Shown here piece after piece: positions 28,640 to 41,799 of a stretch of DNA of 64,000 nucleotides. The stretch comes from Octopus vulgaris (Eukaryota). Position 1 is the first letter of the stretch. Each line of letters opens with the position of its first letter. The notes beneath the pieces were generated by a model. That model saw only the letters and a list, made by a program, of their open reading frames with translations. It was not told the origin of the DNA and ran no database searches. A program made the position numbers and the translations under genes. The stretch spans positions 106,206,001-106,270,000 of the forward strand of contig OX597820.1 in NCBI GenBank assembly GCA_951406725.2, in the 5' to 3' direction.

Positions 28640-29480
28640 GGTGAATGTTGCATACTATCTAATTATTGTTGATAGTGGTACAAAGTGGCCAGAGGTATGC
28701 AGGTGCAATAAACCAACTGCAAAGACTTCCTGTATGAATCATTTGCCCAATATAATGTTCCGAACATATTGGTATCAAATAATAGAACACAATTTACGGG
28801 TGGTAAATTCTAAAAGTTCTACAAAATACATGCAATAAAGCATACCTTTACCCTACCCTATCCTACCACCTGAGGTCAAACAAGCAAGTAGAAAGATTCA
28901 TTGATACTTTCAAATGAACATTAAAAAAAGCAAGGAATACCAATCAATCTTTGCTAAATTATTGCCAGGTAAAAATATATTTAAAGGAAATACAGAAAAG
29001 GCAACAAAACATTTTGAAGTAGGAGATTAAGTTCATTTTAAAATTTACAAAAATGGCAAAGAAGACTAGGTGGATGGTTTTGTAACTAAAAAATTAGGAA
29101 ACATGATGTATGTAATTAAAGGACAACGTTGAGAACATAAGAGATACCAAAACCAATTAAAGACGAGACATACTGGAAAACGAAAGAAAATACTAATGGA
29201 AGTCTGCTATGACATGTTTGAGGTGCCGGCACTGAAGGAGATTGAACCTTGAAGAAGCAGCAGTAGAAAAAGGAAACAAACTGTACACTTAGAATAATGC
29301 CCCCTTGCAAGAAATAGACTGGACCAAGAAATCATAAATAGCAGCAGTCAGAGTGAAGTTTGTGTTTTAGTTCAAGTTAAGTTTGCGGTGAAATTGGAAG
29401 GTGTTGGTTGGTTAGTTCATTTGGAATATTAATCGTTGGTTCATGAAGAGGTTGTTGGATCATTACGTTGTTATTATGGC
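28640..29480 (+). mobile_element. Gypsy-type integrase remnant plus partial LTR
   Basis: YYLIIVDSGTKWPEV, ILVSNNRTQFT, YHLRSNKQVERFIDTFK and GNMMYVIK motifs. Followed by sequence similar to the solo LTR at 9342-9601. Confidence 0.8.
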
Positions 29481-29639
29481 TGCATCATTATCTGATGGCC
29501 TTAGGAGAAGCTTGGGATGAGGTTGGGAAGTTGGAATGTGAGCAGTATGTGTGGAAGGGGAACAGAGGTGTGTGAGGAACTGAGAATGAGGAGGGTGGAT
29601 GTGTGCAGTGTGCAGGAGGTTAGGTGGAGGGGCCAGGGT

Positions 29640-30278
29640 GCAAGAAAGTGTTGTCCCTTTGACTTTGTTTGAGAAGTTCAGTGCAGGCATTGACCCTGTC
29701 AGTCTTGCGTTCAGTAGTCAGCTCTCTCAGTACCCAACGGTCACACACTTTTGAAAAGCCAAGTGATTCGACAATGTTGTAAGCACTTCCATTGCTCACT
29801 TCAAAGTTTTCTGCCAACTCATCAAGAGTTATGCGCCTGTCTTCTCTGATCAGAGCATCTGCTTTTGCTTTATTGGCAGGATTCACAGAAGCGGACTGAC
29901 AGTCAGAATGGTGTTTATTGGCTACACTCACAGTTCCCACCTTTTCATCTTTCAGATGATGGACCCACCTGCATACATTGCTATAATCTAAAGTATTGTC
30001 CTTGAAAACATTTTGTAATCGTCAGTGAATGTTCTCAGGGGTTTCCCCCTCACCAACAAGATATTCAATCACTGCTCTTTGTTTTTGACGTAACTCTAAG
30101 GGGGCAGCCGTTTTGAATTTTCCTTACCAGCCTAAAAACCAGTCTAAAAACCTGAAAAGTAAGAACCAAAATATTTTAGAGCGTAAAAGATAGAATCATT
30201 TATAACATGGAATCACTTGGCTTTTCAAAAATTTCACATGAAATAAAGAAAATGGCATTACTTTTTGACTCACCCTTG
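29640..30278 (-). mobile_element. Mariner 5' half (TIR + transposase N-terminus)
   Basis: Minus TA|CAAGGGTGAGTCAAAAAGT end. RQKQRAVIEYL and RRITLDELAENFEVSNGSAYNI..LGFSKVCDRWVLRELT (WVPxxL-like). Confidence 0.8.
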
Positions 30279-30349
30279 TATTAAGTAAAAATATGAATGA
30301 TGATGTTTTTACCATTGAAACAGCTGTAGAGATTGCATGCCAAAGAAGT

Positions 30350-30500
30350 AGTATTGGGTTCAATCCCACTGTGTGGCATCTTGTAATCCACTATAGCCCC
30401 CCAGGCTGAAACCTTGTAGTCCACTATAGCCCCCAGGTCGACAAAAGCTTTGTGAGTAGATTTGGTAGATAGACACTGAAAGAAGTCCATCATATAAATG
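30350..30500 (+). mobile_element. SINE family A head fragment with an internal ~32-bp duplication
   Basis: GGGTTCAATCCCACTGTGTGGCATCTTG; TTGTARTCCACTATAGCCCCCAGG occurs twice. Confidence 0.7.
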
Positions 30501-30531
30501 TATGTGTGTGTGTGCACATACACACATGCAT

Positions 30532-30562
<31 letters not shown>

Positions 30563-30664
30563 AAATCAATGAAGTGATCTATTTTCATTGGATGGTAGTA
30601 TTCGATAGCCGATACACATGGATGTACTTTATATAGTAAACTCCAAGATCAAAATCCAAATAAT

Positions 30665-30815
30665 GGTTGGTGTTAGGAAGGGCATCCAGCTGTAGAAACT
30701 CTGCCAGATCAGATTGGAGCCTGGTACAGCCATGTGGCTCACCAGTCCTCAGTCAAACCGTCCAATCCATGCCAGCATGGAAAGCAGATGTTAAAAGATG
30801 ATGATGATGATGAGG
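30665..30815 (+). mobile_element. RTE 3' terminal fragment
   Basis: GGTTGGTGTTAGGAAGGGCATCCAGC...CATGGAAAGC...(GAT)n. Confidence 0.8.
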
Positions 30816-30816
30816 A

Positions 30817-30874
<58 letters not shown>

Positions 30875-31288
30875 ATCTCCCTATGCCTGTCATCTCTTAT
30901 GTCTCTGCTGTAAGGCTTCACTTCCACACACGCCAGCTTAATTTAATTTGTCCTTAGTTGAAAGACACCTGTTGTTAATGTCCTGTTATTTGCATTTGTA
31001 TTTGTGTACCATTTCTCCAGTTTATTTTTTTTCTGTCCTTGTTTTCGCATACATTCACTTCTTTCTTCCAAGGAAGAAAGTGCTCTTAAGTGCTCTTAAC
31101 TTCGTTTTTCGTTGGGGTTGGCCAGATTGGAACAATTTCGAGTATAAACAACTGAAATTGCAAAGATAATCTGGAACTCGACTGAGGAAAGGAAGCTCCA
31201 AATGACCCGTCCTTGTTTTTTCTTGTCTCTTTTTTGCATCATCTGTTTGGATGTTTTATATTCTTTTCCCATTTTTTGTATTCCTTTT

Positions 31289-31356
<68 letters not shown>

Positions 31357-32065
31357 ATGCATGTATGTACATTATGTATACATGTGTATGTGCATATTTG
31401 TGTGTATTGTTGTGTTGACATCATGAGATAGTTGTGAATGAGCATCACCATCATACAAGTAATGCTGTTCATTTCCAACCTTCCATGAAAAACATATGTG
31501 CCATGGGGAAATATTAAGTTGCTTAAAAAGGAGCAAGGTTGGTGAAAGAAAGAGCATCTGGATGTAGAAAATCCACCACAACAAATTCTGTCTGACTTAT
31601 TCAAGTATAGAAACGTAGGTGTTAAAATGATAAGGATTCAGTCAGAGCTGATGTTTCACTGTCACCACTACAAGTTTTCTCACTTGTGGGCATTTGTTCA
31701 GGTGTTCTCTTTGTTATATGAATAAATGAGTAGCTCAGAATCGCAACAAGATAAATTATGAGTTCCAAATGAAGGGTATTATCTCTCTCCCTCTTTCCCT
31801 CTCTTTCCCTTATCTTTCTCTACCTCTCTCTCTCTCTCTCCCCCCCTCTCTGTCTCTCTCTCTCCCCCCCTCTCTGTCTCTCTCTCTCTGAATGACACAA
31901 AACATTCATTGTTGAAATGACTAAAACTGGATATAGAATCATACAGTTTTATGAAAGGGTTGATTGACTGGAATATCAAGGTTTGCCTGTCACAAACAGT
32001 ATGCAAGTGTGTGTGTGCACATGTCTTATATACATATAACTTGTATAAGTGTGTGCGTGTGTATG

Positions 32066-32123
<58 letters not shown>

Positions 32124-32397
32124 CATTCACACATTCACACACACATGCATATTTATTGAGAGAAAAAGAGGGACACAGACAAGCGTAAACAGAAAGAGAA
32201 AAGGGAAAGTGAGAAACAGATGTCCAGATATTCTTCAGCAAATCACAGCCCACAGAGCCAATGAATGGCTTATCTCTTAAAGATATAAATCCTTCCATAT
32301 GAGGATGTTGAAGATGTTGATTTATCATGTGCTGTTTGTCTTATCAACAGAATGGCACTTAGTATTGGACAGCAAACCATTTCTCAGTCACACAGTA

Positions 32398-32429
<32 letters not shown>

Positions 32430-32433
<4 letters not shown>

Positions 32434-32964
32434 AATTAAGGACTGAACACGAAAAGTGGACAGTCAACATGCTAGATATAGACGTCAAATCGCCATTCTT
32501 CACAAAAGATTATGTTCTCATATCAAACTCAGCACAAAACAAAGCAATAAACAAGTGAAAATATACGAAATAAAATAATTACCCATGTACTGATCAGTTT
32601 CGGCTATTATTATCCGCAAGGATAACTGCAGCCTTCATCAGCATGGTCCGTTATAAATGCAATTTGCTGGACTAGATGCAAAAACGATACCGAAGTATCG
32701 TGTGCATGGAGTTCAGCCTATTACATTCGAATATATCTTTCAAATGCCTTTACTTTGGCGCGTTGAAACCCGAGAAAACCAGCCTGCAGCTAATAATTAG
32801 CAGCAGTCAATTTATCGGTTAGAGAACATATTTATTTATATAAAATTAATTCAGGGTAGAAATTGATATTTATCAATTAAGACCAGTGGTCTAGCATATT
32901 TTAATATGCTAGACCACTGGTCTTAATTGATAAATATCAATTTCTACCCTTAATTAATTTTATA
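32430..32964 (-). mobile_element. Hammerhead-containing fold-back module in (TA)n (Penelope pLTR/retrozyme-like)
   Basis: Flanked by TA tracts. Contains the hammerhead at 32583-32646 and ends in a ~62-bp-arm near-perfect palindrome at 32839-32964. Confidence 0.6.
32583..32646 (-). ncRNA. Type I hammerhead ribozyme, intact core
   Basis: Minus: CCAUG CUGAUGA A GGCU gcag UUAUCC uugc GGAUAA uaau AGCC GAAAC UGAUCA GUA CAUGG. Stem I CCAUG/CAUGG, stem II GGCU/AGCC with an extra hairpin, palindromic stem III ACUGAUCAGU, GUA triplet. Confidence 0.8.
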
Positions 32965-33300
<336 letters not shown>

Positions 33301-33621
33301 GTTTGAATGTGTGTGAATGTGGGTGTGTGTGTGTAAATGTGAATTACACTATCTATACCACCTACTTACAAGAGGGCCTCTAAAAGATCACATGACTTGC
33401 TGTAACTGTCAGCCAAATCTGCCTCAAATCATACATTACCTGCATGAAAAACAGATGAACATATTGAATAATTAGTCTTTGAAATGCAATATCCTAGAAG
33501 GATGGGTGGTTATGGCTGGAATAACTTTGACCATAGGTTTCATAATGGTTTTATTTCCCAAAGGTTTAGATGCAGCCTTTTTACTACGATCAAACAACAA
33601 ACATAAACTATTCTATAAACA

Positions 33622-33659
<38 letters not shown>

Positions 33660-33711
33660 TGTATGCATGTATGTATGTATGTATGTATTATGTATATGTG
33701 TGTGTATATGT

Positions 33712-34091
33712 TTACGTAAAAAGCGCTATCCGAATCGTGGCCGATGCCAGCGTCGCCTCGACTGGCTTCCGTGCCGGTGGCACATAAAATGCACCATCCG
33801 AATCATGGCCGATGCCAGTGCCGCTTCGACTGGCTTCCATGCCGGTGGCACATAAAATGCACTAATCCGATCGTGGCTGTTGCCAGCCTCACCTGACACC
33901 TGTGCAGGTGGCATGTAAAAAGCACCCACTACACTCACAGAGTGGTTGGCGTTAGGAAGGGCATCCAGCTGTAGAAACACTGCCAGATCAGACTGGAGCC
34001 TGGTGCAGCCATCTGGCTTCCCAGATCCCCGGTCGAACCGTCCAACCCATGCTAGCATGGAGAACGGACGTTAAACGATGATGATGATGAT
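33712..34091 (+). mobile_element. RTE 3' UTR fragment with internal tandem repeats
   Basis: Repeated CCGGTGGCACATAAAA units, then GGCGTTAGGAAGGGCATCCAG and a (GAT)n tail. Confidence 0.85.
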
Positions 34092-34353
34092 ATCTTTATA
34101 TATAAAAATAAGGTTGTGTGCTGTCTGTCTCCTACGATTTAGATTCCTAACTACTCCCACATTTTGCGGTGCAGTTTAACCAAAACCGGGTATCTTATAG
34201 TCGTGATTCATATCGAGCCCTTCTGGTTATTAGCGCGCGTCTACGATGAGTCCTAAAAAATATATATAATGGGTTATAATAGCAGGTAAGGGGGCTTTCT
34301 ACAGCTGCTTCAGGAGCCCATTTGTCCTGGTAAGTTGTGAATTTTATAATTCA

Positions 34354-35503
34354 CTAGCAGCATAGCCCGGCGTTGCCCGGGTATGTAAGTGCCCCTAGTA
34401 GGCAACGACTAATCCCAATCTAGTCCTTTCCCTCTAGGGAATGAAGGCGCATGTGTAGGTTGCAATGTCTTCTCTTCACTCCCAAATAACTATCAAACAG
34501 CTATCGATAATTCAACCCAACCAATTCCTACCAGGAAGAAATTACATTCGAGACTTTACCCCCAACTATTCTGCTAATAGCTGCTGCAGCCGCAAGTTAT
34601 TCGAATACTTTTTTTGTTTAAACTTTCTTTATAACTACCACCCCAAACGTTTTACCTTAAATTTTTGACGTACCCTAAGGGTCCTCGGACACTACTTGCA
34701 AACTCTTGGTTTATTATAAACCTCTTTTGTCGTGTGCACCAAATAACCTTTTCCATTCATTTGTTCAGTTTGGTCACTTCTGACTTTTTCGTTGTTGTCA
34801 CTCACATTGCTGCCCGCCTTTTTGCCGTTTTTGTACATTTTTATACATTTTGGGATACTTACCCCACGTGTTCCGAGAGTTAAAAAGGTCGAGTTGCGTC
34901 CCCTAGATAGTCTGTGGTTTGTGTTTAATACACAAATCGGTTTGCTATGTGTGCCACATATGATTTAATTAACCAATTTTTTCCAGTAATAAAGTATCCT
35001 ATTGGAATAAAATGGGCCATATAGCTCCTTGGAGCAGACATGATGCTCGCTGTGAATTTTTAAAAAAATTCCTGCCAATTTGTGAAAGATATTGTCGAAT
35101 ATATGTCATCTTGAATTTGAATGCGATTTCCCAAAATGGCATGATTTTATCGATTTTTTCTGATGGTAAGGTATTGCATGGAAAACTAACGTCAGAATTA
35201 AGTTTCTTAGGGTAACATTAAGCTTCACCATGAGTTTGGTGAAAATAGATTGCAAGTTGCGAAAACTACAACAGAAAATGTGTTGCATATAAGAAGCTTA
35301 GATTCTCGACCCCATGTCGAATTTATCGATTTTTTTCAGAACTGGGGGAATTTTTCAAAATTTTCGCTGCGTTAGTTTTGAATTATGACATTAGGCTATG
35401 TGTGTGTCAAGTTTCATCAGAATTGGTTGAAAGCCGTGGTCAGGGTGAGGGTACAACCTGACAGACACACAGACAGACAAACTGCCGTTTATATATAGAG
35501 AGA
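34354..35503 (-). mobile_element. Non-autonomous Helitron-like element
   Basis: Minus A|TCTCTCTATATATAAACGGCAG...CCCGGGCAACGCCGGGCTATGCTGCTAG|T. Inserted at an AT dinucleotide with no TSD. Confidence 0.85.
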
Positions 35504-35937
35504 TGCATCGACAATGTCCTCTTCATCAGGAAAATAGAAAGCAAGGTTCGAAAAAGAGTAAAGAAATTTCATTTAAGGTTACATTATACTGGTCACCAGT
35601 TATGGAGTTAGATATTGACTATTTTTATATCAAATTGGTTAGGCATAGAACACAATATTTTGAAATGGCTATGAGAGTCCTGTAGAATAAAATAGCAATC
35701 AAAGGAGATACATAGGTAAAAAATGGCTGAGGACCTCTGGTTTAGAAGTCTGTTTTATAACCTCAAGATTCTTTTGTATGGCATTTTGGTTAAATGTCAT
35801 TTTCTATAACCTCAGGTCAAGCCATAGCTGTGAGTGAAATTGTATTGATGGAGACTACATAGAAGCCCATCAGGTGAACTGTACTTGTAATGCACTGTGT
35901 CATGTTGATTCTGTCTGAGAGAATTATGTTAAAGGTA

Positions 35938-37550
35938 CATCATCATCATCACTGTTTAGCGTCCACTTTCCATGCTAGCATGGATTGGACGGTTCAACTG
36001 GGGTCTGGGAAGCCAGAAGGCTGCACCAGGCCCAGTCTGATCTGGCAATGTTTCTACGGATGGATGCCCTTCTTAACGCCAACCACTCCATGAGTGTAGT
36101 GAGTGCTTTAACGTGCCACCGGCACAGGTGCCAGATGAGACTGGTAAACGGCCACGATCGGATGGTGCTTTTTACATGCCACTGGCATGGGGGCCAGGTG
36201 AGGCTAGCAATGGCCACAATTAGATGGTGCTTTTTACGTGCTACCGGCACGGAGGCCAGTCGGGGCAGCGCTGGCAATGGCCATGTTCGGATGGTATCAC
36301 AGCTGGCACTGGTATCACAGCTGCAATTTCCATTAATGTTGATCGATTTTGATTTTCACAGGCCTCAACAGATCTTCATAAGTAGAGTTTTGTATCATAA
36401 GTGGACCGGCTACATCCCAGGTAGAGGCCACAGGTTATGATCTCACTTGTCCTGCCGGGTCTTCTCACGCACAGCATACTTCCAAAGGTCTTGGTCTCTA
36501 GTCATTTCCTCGGTGAGACCTAAAGTTCGAAGGTCATGCTTCACCACCTCGTCTCAGGTTTTCCTGGGTCTGCCTATTCCACAGGTTCCCTCAACTGCTA
36601 GGGTGTGGCACTTTTTCACACAATTATCTTCATCCATTCTTGCCGCATAACCATACCAGTGCAAACGTCTTTCTTGCACACCACAACTGATGCTTCTTAG
36701 GTCCAACTTTTCTCTCAAGGTACTTACACTCTGTCGAGTATGAACACTGACATTACACATCCATCGGATCATACTGGCTTCATCCCTTGCAAGCTTACGC
36801 ATGTCCTCAGCAGTCACGGCCCATGTTTCACTGCCATGTAGCATGGCTGTTTGTACACATGCATCATACAGTCTGCCTTTTACTCTGAGCGAGAGGCCTT
36901 TTGTCACCAGCAGAGGTAAGAGTTCTCTGAACTTTGCCTAAGCTATTCTTATTCTAGCAGTTACACTTTCAGCACACCCGCCCCCGCTACTGACTTGGTC
37001 ACCTAGGTAACAGAAGCTATCAACAATTTCTAGTTTTTCTCTCCCTGGAATGTGGCGGAAGTTGGTCTCAGAGCATTTTCAGTGTTTATTGCTCCTGAGC
37101 ATCTGCCACATACAAAAACTATCTTCCTAGTAAGCCTTCCTTTGACATTGCTGCACCTCTTATGTGTCCATAGCTTACACTTGGTGCATCTTATAGAGTT
37201 TCTACCTACGCCTTTTCTACAGATCGAGCAGGGCCATCTACCTGAAGGCGTTTGTGATTTGTCTACCTTCCTACTTATTAGGACTTTGGTTTTAGCTAGG
37301 TTGACTCTAAGACTCTTCAATTCTAATCCTTGCTTCCACACCTGAAACTTCTCCTCCAGTTCTGATAGTGACTCAGCAATTAGAGCAAGGTCATCAGCAT
37401 AGAGGAGCTCCCAGGGGCATCCTATCTTGAATTCCTTCGTTATTGCCTGGAGGACTATGATAAATAGGAGGGGGCTGAGGACTGAACCTTCGTGGACCCC
37501 TACCTCTACCCGGAATTCTTCACTGTACTCATTGCCAACCCTCACCTTAT
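35938..37550 (-). mobile_element. RTE LINE, 5'-truncated (RT C-terminal half, PHD-type finger, 3' UTR)
   Basis: GVHEGSVLSPLLF, LLYADDLAL, WPCSICRKGVGRNSIRCTKCKLWTHKRC...CGRC, LRVKGRLYDACV, GRPRKT. (GAT)n tail. Confidence 0.92.
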
Positions 37551-37666
37551 CATGTTCTTAATGATGAAATTAACCTCCCTGTCTATATATCTACCCTCTT
37601 TGTAATGTTGGTGACTGAAATAAGTATAAGAATGTGCATTGTCCGTTTAATTAAAAAAATTCTATA

Positions 37667-37753
37667 TGTGGCTGAAGATTGCTCGAAATTTTAAAACTGA
37701 TGTAATACTACAGTGTTTAATAAAATGAAGTAGCATGAAACAATTGCACTACA
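37667..37753 (+). ncRNA. Decayed hammerhead-like motif
   Basis: UGUGG CUGAAGA uUGCU-~48 nt-AGCAu GAAAC AAUU GCA CUACA. Stem I UGUGG/CUACA; the triplet is mutated from GUH. Confidence 0.4.
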
Positions 37754-37798
37754 CTACCTTGGATATCCTTGTTGCTTATTTTGCCTATATATATATAT

Positions 37799-38283
37799 AT
37801 AGTATTACATACATATAAGAGGGAATTTTACCACTATGTGGAAACCCTTATGTTAGAAGAAGATCCGCTATGGTCTCAACCACTAAGAATTGTTCTCTAG
37901 AAAATTTTGCAAACACCAGAAATATAAGCGAGCAAGACAAATGGAAAGTAACAAAAATATAGATTAATCATAAACAAATGTTTCACTGTCGACAAATTAC
38001 ATAATTTTACTTACATAATTTATTTGTAGATCTTCAGTATGATCATCTATACAAATATAATTTGCAGAACTACACGCCTGACATCAACACGAGGTCGAAA
38101 ATGCATGCAGTTCTACCTATTACATATAACCACAAGTGTAATAGGTAGAACCACATAGTGGGAAAATTCCCTCTTATATGTATGTAATACTATTTACTGA
38201 ACCTCAGTTTTTTTATATGCTAGACCACTAGTGTTAAAATTGATGTTATCAAATTGATATCCAATTGTTCACCCTCATTTTAA

Positions 38284-38292
<9 letters not shown>
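37799..38292 (-). mobile_element. Hammerhead-containing inverted-repeat module in (TA)n
   Basis: 43-bp inverted repeats at 37799-37841 and 38151-38193. Its 3' part shares TATGCTAGACCACT with the 32430 module. Confidence 0.6.
37967..38043 (-). ncRNA. Type I hammerhead ribozyme-like motif
   Basis: Minus: AUCAUA CUGAAGA-long stem II-GAAAC AUUU GUU UAUGAU. Perfect 6-bp stem I; the base of stem II is imperfect. Confidence 0.6.
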
Positions 38293-38334
<42 letters not shown>

Positions 38335-38520
38335 TATATGTATTATAGTATAGTAAAACAACAAGATAATGTTGTTAGTAGAAGAGCTTTGGAAAGTAAA
38401 GGAGGAGAGTGAAGTTCTGCAACTGAATTAATTTAGAGAAGTTACAGGAAGTTAAAAATCAGACAAGAAAAGGTGAAGCTTTTGTTTTTTGAAAATTTTT
38501 TAGAAAATCTTATGAATATA

Positions 38521-38904
38521 TATTTTCCTACTCTAGGCACAAGGCCTGAAATTTTGGGGGAGGGGACCAGTCGATTAGATTGACCTCAGTATGCAACTGG
38601 TACTTAATTTATCGACCCCAAAAGGATGAAAGGCAAAGTCGATCTCGGTGGAATTTGAACTCAATGTAAAGACAGATGAAATACCTATTTCTTTACTACC
38701 CACAAGGGGCTAAACACAGAGAGGACAAACAAGGACAAACGGAGTAAGTCGATTATATCGACCCCAGTGCATAACTAATTGACCCCGAAAGGATGAAAGT
38801 CAAAGTTGACCTCGGCGGAATTTGAATTCAGAACGTAACAGCAGACGAAATACCGCTAAGCATTTCACCCAGCATGCTAACGTTTCTACCAGCTCGCCGC
38901 CTTC
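38521..38904 (-). mobile_element. Composite (dimeric or nested) SINE family C
   Basis: Two AAGGATGAAAG...GAATTTGAA bodies in tandem. The whole unit is flanked by a 15-bp direct repeat AATCTTATGAATATA. Confidence 0.85.
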
Positions 38905-39091
38905 AATCTTATGAATATAAAATATTAGAAAAAAAGCCACCTTTTATCAATTCAAAATGAATAATTAAATTACACCATCTAGAAAATTACATATAATAGA
39001 AAAGTTAAAATTAAAATAACAAAAGAATAACAAAAGTAAAGATTAAGTAAATTACAAAAAAATAATATAATGTATATAATAGGTAGAAAAA

Positions 39092-39178
39092 CAACACGTG
39101 TTTCGCTGCTATATTTAAGAAATGATCATAGTAGTAGAGAAATCACTTCCATATAAATATAGTTGCTCATCAAGATAA
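39092..39178 (-). ncRNA. Decayed hammerhead-like motif
   Basis: Minus: UUGAUGA GC aa CUAUAUUUA...UAAAUAUAG ca GC GAAAC ACGU GUU. Palindromic stem III ACACGUGU; stem I poor. Confidence 0.35.
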
Positions 39179-39559
39179 AAATAATTAAAATAAAATAATT
39201 AATTAATAAATATACTTTAATATATATATATATATGTGTGTGTATATGAAAATTCTAAATATACATAAGTGAAAAATAAAATAATACTTCAATAATTAAA
39301 TACTTTAAAATTAAATAAAATACACAAAGCATTAAATTGTAATCAAAATAAGAAATGGTTCAAATATAGACAAACTCCTTAAATAAGCTAACCATATAAT
39401 AAAAATACATGTGTAGTATCTATAGATTTAATATAACAATCTATAACAAAATTGACTAAATATCAAATAATATAATACCGAATTAACTTAAAATTTTATA
39501 TTACAAATAAATAAGCCACCTATATATCAATATATAATATAATATATTATAATAATAAT

Positions 39560-39606
<47 letters not shown>

Positions 39607-40090
39607 CGAGAATAATATGTTGATGCAAAGTAAGAAAACCTATCAACCCCAAATTAAAGAAAGGTACTAAAATATTAGAACCAAAGAACAATACACTATG
39701 AATATGTACAATCACAATCACCAGTCCTCTACCAAACCAGGCAATAACATTAACAATAATAAAAACGATCAAAGTCAAAATAATAGCAAGAACTAACTAA
39801 TATTGATAAACAAACTAAATTACTAAGTTCAACGATTCTGATTAATCTATCTAGAATTTAAAAAGATAAGCGTCTAATTAACCAACTCAGTCGATTCTAT
39901 TCATGAAAAATACAATCAAAAATTTGAAACAGTACAAATACACTCAAATCCATTATATAAATTCGTTATATTAATATCCATGTGTAATATCTATAGATTT
40001 AATATATCACATGATAAAAAAGTTAAACATAAACTTTATATTAAAATAAAAACTACACACACACACATATATATATATGTATACACACAC

Positions 40091-40125
<35 letters not shown>

Positions 40126-40126
40126 A

Positions 40127-40458
40127 GCCTCGGCTGGCCCCCGTGCCGGTGACACGTAAAAGCACCGTCCGTTCGTGGCCGGTTGCCAGCTCTGTCTGGC
40201 CCCGTGTCGGTGGCACGTAAAAGCACCATCCGTTCGTGGCCGTTCGCCAGCTCTGTCTGGCACTTGTGCATGTGGCACGTAAAAAACACCCACTACACTC
40301 GCGGAGTGGTTGGCGTTAGGAAGGGCATCCAGCCGTAGAAACACTGCCAGATCTGACTGGGCCTGACGAAGCCTTCCAGCTTCACAGACCCCAGTTGACC
40401 CGTCCAACCCATGCTAGCATGGAAAGCGGACGCTAAACGATGATGATGATGATGATGA
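40127..40458 (+). mobile_element. RTE 3' UTR fragment
   Basis: Tandem GGCACGTAAAAGCACC units, GGCGTTAGGAAGGGCATCC, (GAT)n tail. Confidence 0.85.
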
Positions 40459-41689
40459 TATATATATATATATATATACATACACACTCATCAGCATGAA
40501 TGCACATAGATATATAATCATACACAGATTACATTGGAAAAGAGTGCATGTGTATATATTTGACTAAATAAATTTGATAACTGAAATTCACTTATAATTC
40601 ACAGGAAAAGGGTAAAAGAATAGTAACATTAAAGATAAAGAGTAATTGTTATAAACTGTTTGACTTTTTCATTAAATTTGATGGCTGCTTTTGCCCTTTG
40701 CCCTATGTAGCATCTTCTAGATGTTTTTTTTATATATTTTGAATTTGGTTTTTTGTATTTGGTTTGTTCTTATTCAACAGCAAAACACAGAACAAACTTT
40801 GTATTGTGTTTTTTTTAATTTACCACTGCCAAAAATTCTTAATAAAATCAAAAATAATATTGGCATTATGTGATAATATTTAAAAATTTGAAGCTCATAT
40901 TTCAAACTCTTGTCACATCTCTATGTATAGTAAGAAAGTCCAGTTGTTTGTATATGTGTATATATGCATGCCTGTGTGTATGTGTATATGTGTGTGTGCA
41001 TTTGGGTTTAGAGTAATTGATAGGACAGAGAAACTGACGAACAGGCTCTATTGCAAGAAATAAGCACTGGTATTAAAGGCAACCAAATCACAGCTAAAAT
41101 AGGTGCTACACCTTGTATTCTTGCCCAGTTTATGACTTTCATATTTAGTCTTTTATTTCAAACTACAAGTCATATCAGATAGGGATACAGGTCAACATTT
41201 TACATAGGAATACACTCCAATGAATTACATATACAATAAACAGTTTTACATATGTCACAATATTATATATTGTTATGTGATATTAAATATGAAATGTTAG
41301 ATGAACAATATTTTACAAATGAAATGTCCTAAAATTTGCAGCAGAATGCTACAAATTTTGGAATCAATAACTTCATGCTGAAGTCTAATATAAAATTAAA
41401 TCAAGTTTTCATCTAAATTGAAAACAATGAATCAGTTGTCAATCAATAAATTAACATGTAATGAGGCCTCCGTCTAGTTGTGAACCATCTCACTTAGATT
41501 CCAAATTTAGAACCACAACCTAGCTATATTTCCATAAAAAGCAATACAATAAGTATTGGGTGGTATGCAACCAATAAAGTGATGCACTTGAAAGAAAATT
41601 GTGTGAAATTCCAACCAAATAGTTTTGCTGAACGTTCTAGAAGTTTTTCTATAAGTTATAAAAGTTGGGAATCATGAAACTATGATATT

Positions 41690-41759
41690 GCTTGTATGAC
41701 ATTGACAACCATTTTACAACTATCGCACAATATCAAGACAAGGAAATATTAACACACAC

Positions 41760-41799
<40 letters not shown>

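Noticed and set aside
30870-31290. Penelope pLTR-like module between TA tracts, with CTGAGGA at ~31182
   Set aside because: The context is suggestive but I could not assemble a convincing GAAAC/GUH core.
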